A stretch of 64,000 nt of DNA from Pinctada imbricata. Lineage: Eukaryota. The stretch is taken from positions 9,338,974 through 9,402,973 of the forward strand of contig VSWD01000002.1 in the NCBI GenBank assembly GCA_033119305.1. Reading direction: 5' to 3'. Below are positions 38,836 to 50,199 of this stretch, piece after piece. Made by a program: the position numbers and the translations under genes. The notes under the pieces were generated by a model that saw only the letters and a program-made list of their open reading frames with translations, was not told where the DNA came from and made no database searches. Position 1 is the first letter of the stretch, and the number at the start of each line of letters is the position of its first letter.

Positions 38836-39695
38836 GTCATATTATTCTTTTCTAGAATTTGATGAAAATTAGAAATGATTAACTTCTTTTCACAACATGT
38901 ATTTTTAACACTCTCAAATCTGCTTTTAAATGTTATCTTTTATAAAGAATTATTGATTCAAACAAGCAATTTGATCTAATATAGACTGTAATATTAGGAC
39001 TACAGTGGGCTCAATTAATGTGCATAAAATGGCAGACAACTCTCATTAATGGATTCTAGCTGCCATCAGAAAGTCCTGGCCAATTATTTGTGGTGAAAAT
39101 ATGTATAGATAACAATAAGGACTCAATATCCACAAAATTTTGGCCACTTGGCCTTTATCAAGTGGAAATCACGAATATAAGAGATCAAATATGTATAGTA
39201 TGCCAATGGTTTGCCATCTGCCAGAAAAGACAATTCAAGTGACATTACTGCTGCTGATTTGATGCTGTATCAGCTTTAAATCCTCTTTGTCTTATTCTCG
39301 CCCAATGTTAATAGGAGACTTGATTTGCCCAGTACTGTACTCGCCCACTTACATATTTTGCTAGCGTCTTGATGTTTCATATTTTGTTAAGAAATCCTTT
39401 AAGCAGAATCTTTTTCACCCGGTCTTAAATTCGCCCACATAAAAGTGGGCCAAAAGTGCCAAAATAAAACGGGGGCGAAAATTTCTCCGTGCATGCAATA
39501 AAGTAAGCTTTTCTTTTGTAGACCGAGTCCAAACCATCATCTAATGCGTAGTCTGGCAGCCAGGGGCGGGGGTGTTAGCTGTTGTTTTGATGGTAAAAGC
39601 AAATCTACATGGGAAAGTCAGGTATGTAAAAAACGTGTTAGGATTTACACAAGTCATATAAATGATCTGCTGTGTGGTAGTTTATAATAAAGAAA

Positions 39696-40062
39696 TACTG
39701 CTATTTCTCACTCACTTACGTCGTGAGACAAAAGAAAAAATGTAGACGTAGCAGTTTGAGATTTCCTTGTCTCACACTCCATGTGACTCCTATTATGACG
39801 TCATAGAAAGAAACGTCACGCCATCGTTAGATTTGTGTAAATGTTGGCATCGCTTCTAGCTTTAAAAAACATTAAAGTGATGATAAAATGAGGTGAGTGA
39901 GAAAAATAATCAATCACGACGTTAAGACTGAGACAGGGGAATCTCATCCTCGTGCAAAAGATTTGCTACATCCACGACTCGGCAAGCCTCGTCGTGGATT
40001 GCAAGTCTTTTACACTCGGATGAGATTCCCCTGTCTCAGTCTCAACGTCGTGATAGATTCTA
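39696..40062. mobile_element. Palindromic element with nested inverted repeats (outer tttctcactcac, inner ~35-bp arms)
   Basis: The arm cacgacgttaagactgagacaggggaatctcatcc at 39906-39940 is the exact reverse complement of 40021-40055. The flanking pair ctatttctcactcact at 39696 versus gaggtgagtgagaaaaata at 39889 is an outer inverted repeat. Confidence 0.6.
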
Positions 40063-40264
40063 TTAATCTTTAGCCCTTTTCAGAAAATCTGATCCTGTGT
40101 GTATTATCATGTAATTTCCATTGAGGTTATAATTTCATGACAGAAGTCAGAATCAAAATGCATCAGACCAGTGAAATTGTATGGTACACATAAAGAATAT
40201 CAGAAATAAAAGCGTTTTCATATTTAAAAAAGATGACTCAAGTTTTGTATGATGTATTTTATAG

Positions 40265-40435
40265 ATTGACTCGGTGATAGACAAAGTAAACCAGTGGGGG
40301 ATCCAGGGGGTGAAGGTAGAATGGCAGCAGCACAGTGATAATCTCCCCGCCCCTGTACAAGCACCTGCTCATGTTACGTCCATCTTTAACGGCAGTCGTA
40401 TTGTGGTGTATGGATTTGTGAACAATTGCTCTCAG
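40265..40435 (+). CDS. PARP4: PARP4-like exon
   Basis: Acceptor ttttatag|, donor TCAG|GTGAGA. ..VKVEWQQHSDNLPAPVQAPAHVTSIFNGSRIVVYGFVNNCSQ resembles human ..VSVKWQQLNPDVPEALQAPAQVPSLFLNDRLLVYGFIPHCTQ. Confidence 0.85.
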
Positions 40436-40639
40436 GTGAGATTAAAGGTCTTGACATCTGGTTGAAAATGTTCTTAAATTATATGAGTATGTGATCACTG
40501 TGCAACACAGCAACAGTATGAGAATTGCATCAGATGATGGTACAGTACTTTATCTGGAAGAAAAAGAAGGAGAAGAAAAACTGTCTTTGACATTGTGTCA
40601 GGTTCTCTTTTCTTCATTTCAACAGCTTCAAATTAATAT

Positions 40640-40860
40640 ATTCATTTTAACTGTTTATATTTGAACAGAATCACGGGAACAGTTTCATAAAAAAAAAAGT
40701 TTCCTATGAACAGTTTCATTGATGTATTTTCATTTGAACAGTTTCATGTAATAGTTTTATGGAACAGTTTCATTTGAACAGAGCCATTTAGACAGTCTCA
40801 TTTAAAAAGGTTCATTTGAACTATTTCATTTTTGCAGATCTGAACAGCTTCATTTCAGCA
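40640..40860. repeat. Degenerate ~15-bp tandem repeat, ~13 copies
   Basis: The unit is gaacagtttcattt(g) with variants such as gaacagagccattta and gaactatttcattt. Confidence 0.7.
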
Positions 40861-40958
40861 GTATCTTTGAACAATTATAATTCATACATCTGTGATGTTC
40901 CCTATCTTCCTATACATGTAGACGAAGTAGCAGATTAACTTGATGTTGTTCCTTTCAG

Positions 40959-41039
40959 GCCAAGCTCAAGGCACTTGTGGAGGGATACAACTTTGAGACA
41001 GTGGTGTCATCTTCAGAGCTCAGCATGACTCAGGGGGAG
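40959..41039 (+). CDS. PARP4: PARP4-like exon
   Basis: Acceptor cctttcag|, donor GGAG|GTAACT. AKLKALVEGYNFETVVSSSELSMTQGE resembles human ATLCALIQEKEFRTMVSTTELQKTTGT. Confidence 0.8.
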
Positions 41040-41141
41040 GTAACTCTCATATTTGTTATGACTATCTTTCAAGTAGCCTAGGCCATACAAAATTAATGTT
41101 TAGCTTGACGGGCACTTTTTAAAAAAAAAAAGTGAGGGAGG

Positions 41142-41178
<37 letters not shown>

Positions 41179-42688
41179 AAACGTGAAATATGATGAATGT
41201 ACATTTTTTGTAATTTATCTTTAACCAAATTTCTAATTCAAGTGTTTTGATGCTGAAAATACATTCAAACTTAAGTATAGTATGAAGTGGTAATGTTTAG
41301 TACATTGATTAACAAGATAACCCATAACAAGATAACCCAACGTCTTCCTGTAATATACTTATTGCATTTCCAAACCTTAAGTTTGCTAGATATTCTGTGA
41401 TTTGGTCACACTTATTATATGTATCATATGACAGACGATGTCCTATGGCAGACCAGTATGAAGATGTAGACTAAATACATGTATGGTGTACATCTTATTT
41501 ATGCTAAAAAGGATCACCAATCTCTAACCGTTGCCCTGTGTAAGGTTAAAACTTCAAATGACGTTAACATTTTGTGAACTACTTAAAGGTGCAACTAAGT
41601 GAGTGAAACTCGTAATTGTTGCTCAGTGCTTAGACCGAAAATTTGACCCTTGTCGTCGGCAAAAGAGTAGGGAAAATACAAAGAAACATGTCCAGGAATT
41701 GGGATGGCCCATTCTGATAGAAAATGGCCCATAAAATCGGCAACTCGCTGCGCCCTGGTGCCATTATTCTACGGCGTCCATTTTTTTGTTTTTTAAATCT
41801 ATTAAAAGCTCTGTTCTTGTATCTACGTTGTAACGTAGATCTACACCAGGAGCAGTAATACAGAGATCACAGCTTTCTGTACATGGCCAGTCAGAACTCT
41901 AAGGCACAAAATTCTTCTGTTCACTGACAATTGAAAGGTCCTTTGCTATTTTGATACAATATTGATTTTTCTCCGACATCTGCGGCTGAGATTTAAATCT
42001 CCAACGTCCACTTACGTATCTTATCTACGTTAAGGTACTTGTGTGTGCGTTCGTCCGTAAAATTATCATGTCATTTTTAAAATGTGGTCAGTCAATGGGT
42101 ACAAATTGATGTAATAAAATTAGTACAAAATGTCTTCCCTAATATCAACAAAGCTGAAAATGAAGCTGCCCATCCGTGGACACAAAAAAATTCAGGAAAG
42201 GTGGCTGAAAGTTTGGTCTTGGCTGTTCTGTGATCCATGCAAAAAATGTACTGTAAATTATACATTGGAAATGGTCAAATTCGGAATCTCGCGACAAAAA
42301 AAAAATGTGCTAACGTCTGATGCATAATGCATGCATATGCATAGCTTTTCAAAAATTGATCATTTTTGGAATGGCCCTTTCGTGAGGAAAGATGGCCCAT
42401 TGTTTTTGAGAATGTCACCCAGACATATGCAAGTGCATAGAATTAAAGATATATATCAATTAAAAATAAAACATCATGAAACCCCAAAACAGATGGTCAC
42501 GTTCCAGAGATAATTGGCCATAAACTAGTGTAAATTCAGCATTCTACGCTTATCAGTAGACGCCGCCATATTGTGCTCAGCGTGAGGTAATAACTACGGT
42601 TCGCGATATACGGTATACTGTATGTGGACGCAGAGTAGTTAAGATTTAATAGCGAGTTTTTTTATATGAAAATAATAAATCAATCACA

Positions 42689-42895
42689 ATGTCTGAAAAT
42701 GAAATTATGGGATTAGATGCGTATGCATTCGAACCTGAATATTCAGAGGAAGAATTGAGACATCGTTCGATCGACATTGATGAAACTTCAAGTATCAATG
42801 TTCTAGATATGCCGGTGTCGGAATGGTGTTCATGTGAAAATTGTCAAATAATGGATACTGCAGAAGAGTGCATGTGCTGTGCAGGATATGTGTGA
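42689..42895 (+). CDS. Small acidic, Cys-rich ORF (68 aa) of unknown affinity, convergent with the THAP ORF
   Basis: ATG at 42689. MSENEIMGLDAYAFEPEYSEEELRH...SEWCSCENCQIMDTAEECMCCAGYV, with a C-x-C-x2-C...E-x-C-x-CC cysteine pattern. A GCCGCCATATTG motif (YY1-like) lies ~100 bp upstream. I recall similar N-terminal motifs in transposon-derived proteins but cannot name a family. Confidence 0.3.
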   Translation: MSENEIMGLDAYAFEPEYSEEELRHRSIDIDETSSINVLDMPVSEWCSCENCQIMDTAEECMCCAGYV

Positions 42896-42916
42896 CATAA
42901 ATAGATATAAATTGAT

Positions 42917-43299
42917 CTGACCTTTGCTCTTTCTCTTTTCACCTGCGGATCCAATGACCTTTTTGCCGGAGCGGTTTTAATTCTGTCACTGACCGTGTCA
43001 GTATTGACAATTGTTGGCACTGCGTTTGGTATTAATCGTTTCCTTTTTGGGTGAAAATTAAGAGATTCAGCGACAATATTCCTTTCAAAACAGTCTGCAG
43101 TAAAATGGTCTTCACATACTATTTTGGAATCTCCGTATTTGAATGTATCAATTGATAATTTGCCGTTCTTTAAATTTGTGATCCACTGCTTACAAAAACG
43201 TTTCTGTTCTGCATTTTTATTTGGATTCGGAATTCTAAAGAAACTTTTTTGACATTTTCCTCTTTCATTTGTACAATTAAAAGCCTGACACGACGGCAT
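42917..43299 (-). CDS. THAP-domain ORF (a P-element-transposase-derived C2CH zinc finger) lying antisense inside a PARP4 intron; it may be the first exon of a spliced gene or a transposon relic
   Basis: MPSCQAFNCTNERGKCQKSFFRIPNPNKNAEQKRFCKQWITNLKNGKLSIDTFKYGDSKIVCEDHFTADCFERN..LIPNAVPTIVN has the C-x2-C...C-x2-H spacing plus the F-x-FP and AVPTIF signatures. A possible donor AAAG|GTCAGA lies at 42917. The uninterrupted ORF runs to 42844. Confidence 0.55.
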
Positions 43300-44251
43300 T
43301 TTGCAAAGAAATCAAACGACAATAATACCTCTAACTACATATATTTGTATGCTGCTGAAGATATAATGCAAACCGTAGTTATGAGATAAGCGGACATTTG
43401 GCACGCATCTGGAGGTTACGATATACAGCGGGGGTTTTATCTTCCGAGATGTCAAGATGTCTGCCCGCCGTAATCCTTCTGAATGGTGATAATTAATGCA
43501 ATATTTCATATATATAAACAAGGGTCTGACTAATTGACATACTGCAATGTGTTTATATATGTATCAGCGTCAAAAAAAGTACCCATGTATTTCTGACTGA
43601 CCTTTCCCCAAGTGGAAGGGACCGTCGTCCCATTGAGCAAGTTTTCCTTCCCGATCACAGCATGTCTGACAATTTAGTTTGAATTTTAACAACGATTACA
43701 CAAGGGTATCCTGATCGATTCGTCATCCCTTTTCACTGTCGGACATGAGCAAGTTGTTTGCAAATTTGAATTTCTATCCCTCGGAAATTTTGAAGTATAT
43801 GCGATGTGCTTAGGGTTTAGTTGACTAGTTTATCCGAATCGTAAAACACGCGATAAAAATCGGAAATGCGGCGGGTTTTTAGGCAATGCGGCGGTGCCCG
43901 TCAAACGAAATCTTAATTTTTTTTGGCCCTATGTATATTTAAAATTTTAAATAAAGGTGAAGAATTCTGTATTTCCAATAAACATTTACATGTACTTCTT
44001 ATTTAGGATAGCATCAGATTTACATGCGTAGTGAAGTAATGAAATTTCTGTAGAAATCTTCATGCATGTATTTGAAGCATATTAATCCTGAATTTACCCT
44101 GATTTCCTTAGAGTGAATCGAGTGATATGTAGATTAAATTTATTATTTGTTTACATCAGATACTGTCCAAAATGGGACACAACTATGTAGATCACAAAGA
44201 CAAAAAAAAACAGTAATAGATGTGATTTTCTACTTTCCAATTTATAAATAG

Positions 44252-44332
44252 ATGTTACATCAGCTGACAGCTCGTGCCGTTATCAGAGATTACGATGAGG
44301 GAATACTCAATGATAACTTCATACTACAAAAG
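44252..44332 (+). CDS. PARP4: PARP4-like exon
   Basis: Acceptor aaatag|, donor AAAG|GTAATA. MLHQLTARAVIRDYDEGILNDNFILQK resembles human MIHKLAARALIRDYEDGILHENETSHE. Confidence 0.8.
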
Positions 44333-44440
44333 GTAATAAGACACTATCATATAATCAGGACTTTTTCGCAAATATCAATCGCGATTCTAGTTTGAAAAAA
44401 GTCACCATCTTTTAAAGTTCTTTAGAATGGAATTTTTTCT

Positions 44441-44600
44441 AATTGACCCTTCCGATTGCGGGAAAAAAAAACCAAAATGTTGTGATGTCACAATGCTTTT
44501 ACCTCGGACAAACAAGCTTCGAACCTTGGTCAAACATCCAAATTGCATTGTGAAATCATGGAATTTCTCAAATTTTTCCCGCGTTCGGAAGGGTTCAATT
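44441..44600. mobile_element. MITE copy 3 of the same family
   Basis: aattgacccttccgattgcgggaaaaaaaaacc ... ttcccgcgttcggaagggttcaatt. ORFs 44402-44731 are artefacts of this element. Confidence 0.7.
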
Positions 44601-44882
44601 CCATCACCGCAAAAGGTAAAAAATACTATGATCATATAACCTGCACCTTTAAGGCATCGCCAATTTTGCACCTCTACCTTAGAAGGAGAGTCTTTTATTC
44701 TAAAGGTAAAATTTCTCCAATTCAAATGTAATATTTTAGTTTTTATATCTAATTAGTTACAAATATCAGCTTAGCAATTGTATATACATGTAAAAGATTT
44801 TCTTTTATTCTAAGAATACAATTTTCCTCATTGCGATATGATATTCTTAAATGTACATTTTCTTCATTTGTTTCTTTTTCAG

Positions 44883-44984
44883 TTAGAAAAACAGAATAAG
44901 AAGGATTATATCATAGAGCTGAGTAAGAAGTTTTCCATAGTCACGCAGTATACAAGCTTTGTAGCTATAGAAGAGAGAAATGAG
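44883..44984 (+). CDS. PARP4: PARP4-like exon
   Basis: Acceptor ttttcag|, donor TGAG|GTTAGA. LEKQNKKDYIIELSKKFSIVTQYTSFVAIEERNE resembles human MKKQTLKSLIIKLSKENSLITQFTSFVAVEKRDE. Confidence 0.8.
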
Positions 44985-46010
44985 GTTAGATCATGTTCAT
45001 AATAATTATCACAGTCATGTACCGTATAACCAGAAATTTTCGGGAGATACTAATCTTCGCTATATTCGTGAGTTATTTGGACTCGGGAAAAATTGTGTTT
45101 GATAAGGTTTATCATAAATTGCCATATCCCGTACATTAATCATATTGTACATGTGTCATTCTTCGCTTTTCCTGATTAAACGTAAAGAGGAGTGAATAGA
45201 GTGTATTCTTATGATAGAACCAATGGCTATAACATCAATAATGAAAGGTACAAAACAGTAACATCATATGAACATATTTGTTTGTAATTTAGGAATCACG
45301 AAAAATTGTACTCGCGAAAATAAAGACACCCTATTTTACCGTAAAATTGCGAAATTTGATACTAGCGAAAATTTCTGGTTATACAGTATTTATGGAGAAT
45401 TCTTGACTCTAAAAGGCAGTGATAAACAATGTAAATGTAATTAAGAGGTTATGTGATTGACTGAACATCATGATTGATTGTCTAATAGACCATTTTTACA
45501 TTCCTTGTTTATTATAGACGTTAGATAAAGGTGCCGATAATAGTCAACGGCACTCTACAAATGATCGAACACTCAAATGCACAAATTCTTAGTCCTTAGG
45601 GCTTTAGCAAGTGTGAGAAAAAAAGATTTTTGTGGTTTTTGCATATAATAATTTACTGAAAATTTGTGTAATTAATGTCGTTATTTTATTGTTTTTATTT
45701 GTACATTTCTTGATATTTTCTCCACTTTATGATATAGGAACATTTTGGTAGCCACTGTGAGTTATCAGTGTAATGTTGTAAAAACCAAATACTGAATAAA
45801 TTTAATATTTCAAAGCACCTAACTTCTTTAATGAGGCTATGAAATTTACTTGAAATCTGAAGTAATATTTAGATGTGGCCATTTCAGCTGTTTTGTGCAT
45901 AAAAAATTGAATTAGTTGTGATTTTTCTCTGATACTACATTTTTAGCTCACCTCGACGAAGTTGAGTGAGCTTATGCTATAACCCCACGCGTCCGCGTCC
46001 GCGTCCGCGT

Positions 46011-47040
46011 CCGGTTAAGAAGTTTGGGGTAGCTCAGTATCTGACAAAGTACTAATGCTACAGTAACCAAACTGGCACAAGTGATTCATCTTTGGATGCT
46101 GAGGTGAACCCATGCATCAGATGCAGCATCTGACCTACATTTTCCGCTTGAGTGACTTGGTTAAGAAGTTTGGGGTAGCTCAGTATCTGACAAAGTACTA
46201 ATGCTACAGTAACCAAACTGGCACAAGTGATTCATCTTTGGATGCTGAGGTGAACCCATGCATCGTATGCAGCATCTGACCTACATTTTCCGCTTGAGTG
46301 ACTTGGTTAAGAAGTTTGGGGTAGCTCAGTATCTGACAAAGTACTAATGCTACAGTAACCAAACTGGCACAAGTGATTCATCTTTGGATGCTGAGGTGAA
46401 CCCATGCATCAGATGCAGCATCTGACCTACATTTTCCGCTTGAGTGACTTGGTTAAGAAGTTTGGGGTAGCTCAGTATCTGACAAAGTACTAATGCTACA
46501 GTAATCAAACTGGCACAAGTGATTCATCTTTGGATGCTGAGGTGAACCCATGCATCAGATGCAGCATCTGACCTACATTTTCCGCTTGAGTGACTTGGTT
46601 AAGAAGTTTGGGGTAGCTCAGTATCTGACAAAGTACTGATGCTACAGTAACCAAACTTGCACAAGTGATTCATCTTTGGATGCTGAGGTGAACCCATGCA
46701 TCAGATGCAGCATCTGACCTACATTTTCCGCTTGAGTGACTTGGTTAAGAAGTTTGGGGTAGCTCAGTATCTGACAAAGTACTGATGCTACAGTAACCAA
46801 ACTTGCACAAGTGATTCATCTTTGGATGCTGAGGTGAACCCATGCATCGGATGCAGCATCTGTCCTACATTTTCCGCTTGAGTGACTTGGTTAAGAAGTT
46901 TGGGGTAGCTCAGTATCTGACAAAGTACTGATGCTACAGTAACCAAACTTGCACAAGTGATTCATCTTTGGATGCCGAGATGGACCTATGCATCGGATGC
47001 AGCATCTGACCTACTTTTTCCACTTGAGTAATTTCGCTTT
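46011..47040. repeat. 147-bp satellite, ~7 tandem copies, internal to the element
   Basis: The unit ggttaagaagtttggggtagctcagtatctgacaaagtactaatgctacagtaaccaaactggcacaagtgattcatctttggatgctgaggtgaacccatgcatcagatgcagcatctgacctacattttccgcttgagtgactt repeats at >95% identity. Confidence 0.9.
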
Positions 47041-47046
47041 TAAAAG

Positions 47047-47545
47047 CCAATATTGAGCAAAGTATAAGTGCTACATGTACCAAACTTGCATATTGGATGT
47101 ATCTTTGATCAAACTTTCATAAAATGACCTTGACCTACTTTTTCCGCTTGAGTGATTTTGCCTTTAAAAGCCAATATTGAGCAAAGTATAAGTGCTAGAT
47201 ATTCCAAACTTGCATATTAGATGTATCTTTGATCAAACTTTCATAAAATGACCTCGACCTACTTTTTCCGTTTGAGTGATTTTGCCTTTAAAAGCCAATA
47301 TTGAGCAAAGTATAAGTGATACATGTACCAAACTTGCATATTGGATGTATCTTTGATCAATCTTTCATAAAATGACCTTGACCTACTTTTTCCGCTTGAG
47401 TGATTTTGCTCTATAAAGCCAATATTGAGCAAAGTATAACTGCTACATGTACCAAACTTGCATATTGGATGTATCTTTGATCAAACTTTCATAAAATGAC
47501 CTTGACCTACTTTTTCTACTTGAGTGGTTTTGCCTTTAAAAGCCA
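47047..47545. repeat. 118-bp satellite, ~4.2 tandem copies, internal to the element
   Basis: The unit ccaatattgagcaaagtataagtgctacatgtaccaaacttgcatattggatgtatctttgatcaaactttcataaaatgaccttgacctactttttccgcttgagtgattttgcctttaaaag repeats. Confidence 0.9.
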
Positions 47546-47801
47546 ATGTACATGTACTAAGAAATATGTTTGAATTGAATTTTGCTGTCACGAGGTGAGC
47601 TTCGTAATCTGTGATTACCTATGTTTGTATCAGATTTCAATTATTTTCACTCCTTATTGTTTCTTTACAAGTTTTGTATTTTATGATACTTCAGCCTCTT
47701 TTTAAGTTTCCTCTCTGAGAAAAACATCACAGTGACTGTTTAATGTAAGTTTCCTCTCTAAATCATCACAGTGACTGTTTAATGTACATTTTTGTACGTA
47801 G

Positions 47802-47909
47802 GAGGATGAGAGGTTGGACAGTGAATCCGTGGAGAAACTTCTAGGAGAAGAGAGTGTTGACATTTTGCCGTATGTTGGATGGACGATACCTGATAACTGG
47901 GAGGAAAAA
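47802..47909 (+). CDS. PARP4: PARP4-like exon
   Basis: Acceptor tacgtag|, donor AAA|GTTTGT. EDERLDSESVEKLLGEESVDILPYVGWTIPDNWEEK resembles human NESPFPDIPKVSELIAKEDVDFLPYMSWQGEPQEA. Confidence 0.7.
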
Positions 47910-48274
47910 GTTTGTATTTTGTTTTAAGTACTGTAGCTTACCTGAGCACATCATAGTCACTTTATATTTATTCTGTTGTATTGATTATAATGATTTTCTT
48001 TCAATCAATGTAAGATGTTTACAAGGTCAAAGATCAAGGTCAAATTTAGGCACGTGTTGATAAATTATCATAAATTACTTTGCTTCTGATCCCATAACAT
48101 CAGAAGTTTTTTTTTTTTAAGATATATGTACTTTGAATTCATATATCATAAGATAATTATTTATTAGATGTCCATGACTATATAAAGCCAAAATCACATA
48201 CATTTACATCTGAAGTGGGGAACCTGTAACGATTCTGTCACGATTCTAATTATGTGTTATTTATAGAACACCTT

Positions 48275-48390
48275 AAAGATAGTCAGGGTGAGATAGCTGA
48301 GGGGTTCTCACAGAGCGAGGCAGAGAGATGTTAATTATCAGTACTACAGTATGCTGACGATATTGAACATTGTCATAATATTAATTATGA
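48275..48390 (+). pseudogene. Decayed tandem duplicate of the 48402-48542 exon
   Basis: ~85% identical to 48402-48520 (ttatttatagaacac..cagggtgagatagcYgaggggttctcacagagcgaggcagagagatgttaMttatcagtactacagtaYgctgacga). It lacks the tgacgtcacttctacg segment and has an in-frame stop. Confidence 0.5.
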
Positions 48391-48401
48391 GTTATTTATA
48401 G

Positions 48402-48542
48402 AACACTGTGGAGATAGTGACGTCACTTCTACGTCAGGGTGAGATAGCCGAGGGGTTCTCACAGAGCGAGGCAGAGAGATGTTACTTATCAGTACTACAG
48501 TACGCTGACGACATTAAACAGGATGAAAATCTACAAGATCTG
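48402..48542 (+). CDS. PARP4: Candidate PARP4 C-terminal-region exon; lineage-specific with no clear vertebrate counterpart
   Basis: Acceptor tttatag|, donor CTG|GTATGG. A 47-codon open frame, NTVEIVTSLLRQGEIAEGFSQSEAERCYLSVLQYADDIKQDENLQDL, runs from phase 0 to phase 0, consistent with the 47802 exon. Confidence 0.4.
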
Positions 48543-48916
48543 GTATGGTAGCCTTACACAGACTTTCACAATTACGCTTTTATTTAAAACATTTTTGATG
48601 ATTTTCTCTGAATTATTCAATAATAACATTGTCAACTAAAACTATTTATTCAATAAAATTATCTTTTACACAAAGTTTCACCAATTTGGCTCCCAATTGC
48701 TTAGTTAAAAAAAGTGTGTTTTCAAACAAATTGGAAAAATCGACTATGTTTACTAGGAATTTTTTGTCATGGAACACTGTACAGTGGAAATCCATGTTGA
48801 AAAAAAAATGAAAAAAAAGAAATCTAAACCTTACAATTACAGATATCTTTAACCCTTTAACCAATGTTCACTTTTGTATGGGGATTTTGAAAAAACATTT
48901 GTTTTTTTAATGTAGG

Positions 48917-50184
48917 TGTTACCGGGGTGGATTTGGTGTGATGTAATGAATAACCAAAGTCCGGTGGATAAAGTTTGGATCCTTTATTACTGACTGTATA
49001 ATTAATAATAAACAGTCCTGAAACATATTAATAATCAACATAAGTATATAGAATATAATATCATTTGTATTTCATATATATTATTTCATATCAACACAAA
49101 AATCACAGTCTGCATAATTATGTTATCGACACGGTATATTGTATTTAAACATGACCAATTTACAAATCTGTTAATGAATCAATTAAATCGAGCATCTCAT
49201 TTCTAAGGGAAATAACTCTGATTCAAAAAATAGAAATACGGTAAGTATATATAGAGATTGTATTTTATCTTTGCGTAAATATCAAGGTCAAAGTATATGA
49301 ATTAAAATGAACAATAATATTGCGTACCAGTTTATGGAACTAGACTGGGTTGCGATAAACTCGTCTTAGCTATCCTCAAATCTCTTTAGCCAACTACATG
49401 ATGGTCGAAATACTACAAACAATATAAAGTTCGATACAATATTCGTATGGGCAAATTAAAATAAGGTAAGTATGACAACAGCTTTCTAAACGATAGCAAA
49501 CTGATCTATTCAAAAATATAACTCATAAAGTCTGAGAGACCATACAAAATATATCTTGGACTCAGAAAAAGGTAAGTATTCAAAAAGTTCATAATATACG
49601 GATTTGTAACAGAATTACTCTTTCATAAATTACTTAACTAAATAAAGCTAACTTTCGTTCATCTCGTATTCTCAAAGTTAAAATAACGTTAATCTCAGAA
49701 ATAAAGAGGAAAGTGGAAAATCAAGAAAATAAAGGAAAGTAACTTACAGTGTTCTGCACCAGGTAAGTATACAAGTGAATGTAGGTACTGTATTTAATTA
49801 ATTGTGTGAACAACTCAAACTCCGAGAAGACAATCATAAATTCAATACAATGTCCGTCTGACTAGCTCGGGGCTCAGGACAAATCTGGCCGAGCGGGAGT
49901 CTTAAACAAAGGCTTGGGCGCTAGAATGTTCGTAACCAATGAAAAGGTGTCATTTAGTCATATGTCTTAAAGAAAGTCGGTAATTGGTTAGTATGTAATT
50001 AGTTAAGTGACGCAGTGTGCGCAATGCGGCATTTAAATCTTTATATTAATTAAACGGAAATGAATCGCGCGCATGACCGGGACTCGCGTACTATTTAACA
50101 GGAAGTACGTATGTAAATATGGGATAAAAACGGACATAAATATAAATAAATAAATAAATACGGGTCCAAACTCACTCTACCACA
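48917..50184 (-). repeat. 3' LTR of the gypsy element (1,268 bp)
   Basis: I found no differences by eye from 57644-58911. In element sense it starts TGTGGTAGAG and ends GGTAACA. It contains a TATAAAG and a CCAAT-like motif within ~200 nt of its 5' end in element sense, and an (ATAA)n run. Confidence 0.9.
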
Positions 50185-50186
50185 TA

Positions 50187-50199
50187 CTCCCCCTGCTTG
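50187..50199 (-). other. Polypurine tract immediately upstream of the 3' LTR
   Basis: In element sense it reads CAAGCAGGGGGAG, followed by TA and then the LTR start TGTGG. Confidence 0.6.

Larger units (their letters stand above)
45944..47627 (+). mobile_element. ~1.7-kb non-autonomous element carrying two internal satellite arrays (MITE/Helentron-like, unclassified)
   Basis: The 5' end is tagctcacctcgacgaagttgagtgagcttatgctataacc plus a (CGCGTC)4 tract. The 3' end is gtcacgaggtgagcttcgtaatctgtgattacctatgtttg. The two termini share an inverted agctcacctcg core. An inverted short copy lies at 6424-7098. Confidence 0.7.

Noticed and set aside
44402-44731. ORFs on both strands at 44402-44731, and likewise 33770-34361.
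   Set aside because: They lie within the TTGACCC-family MITE copies, and their near-palindromic arms generate mirror ORFs.
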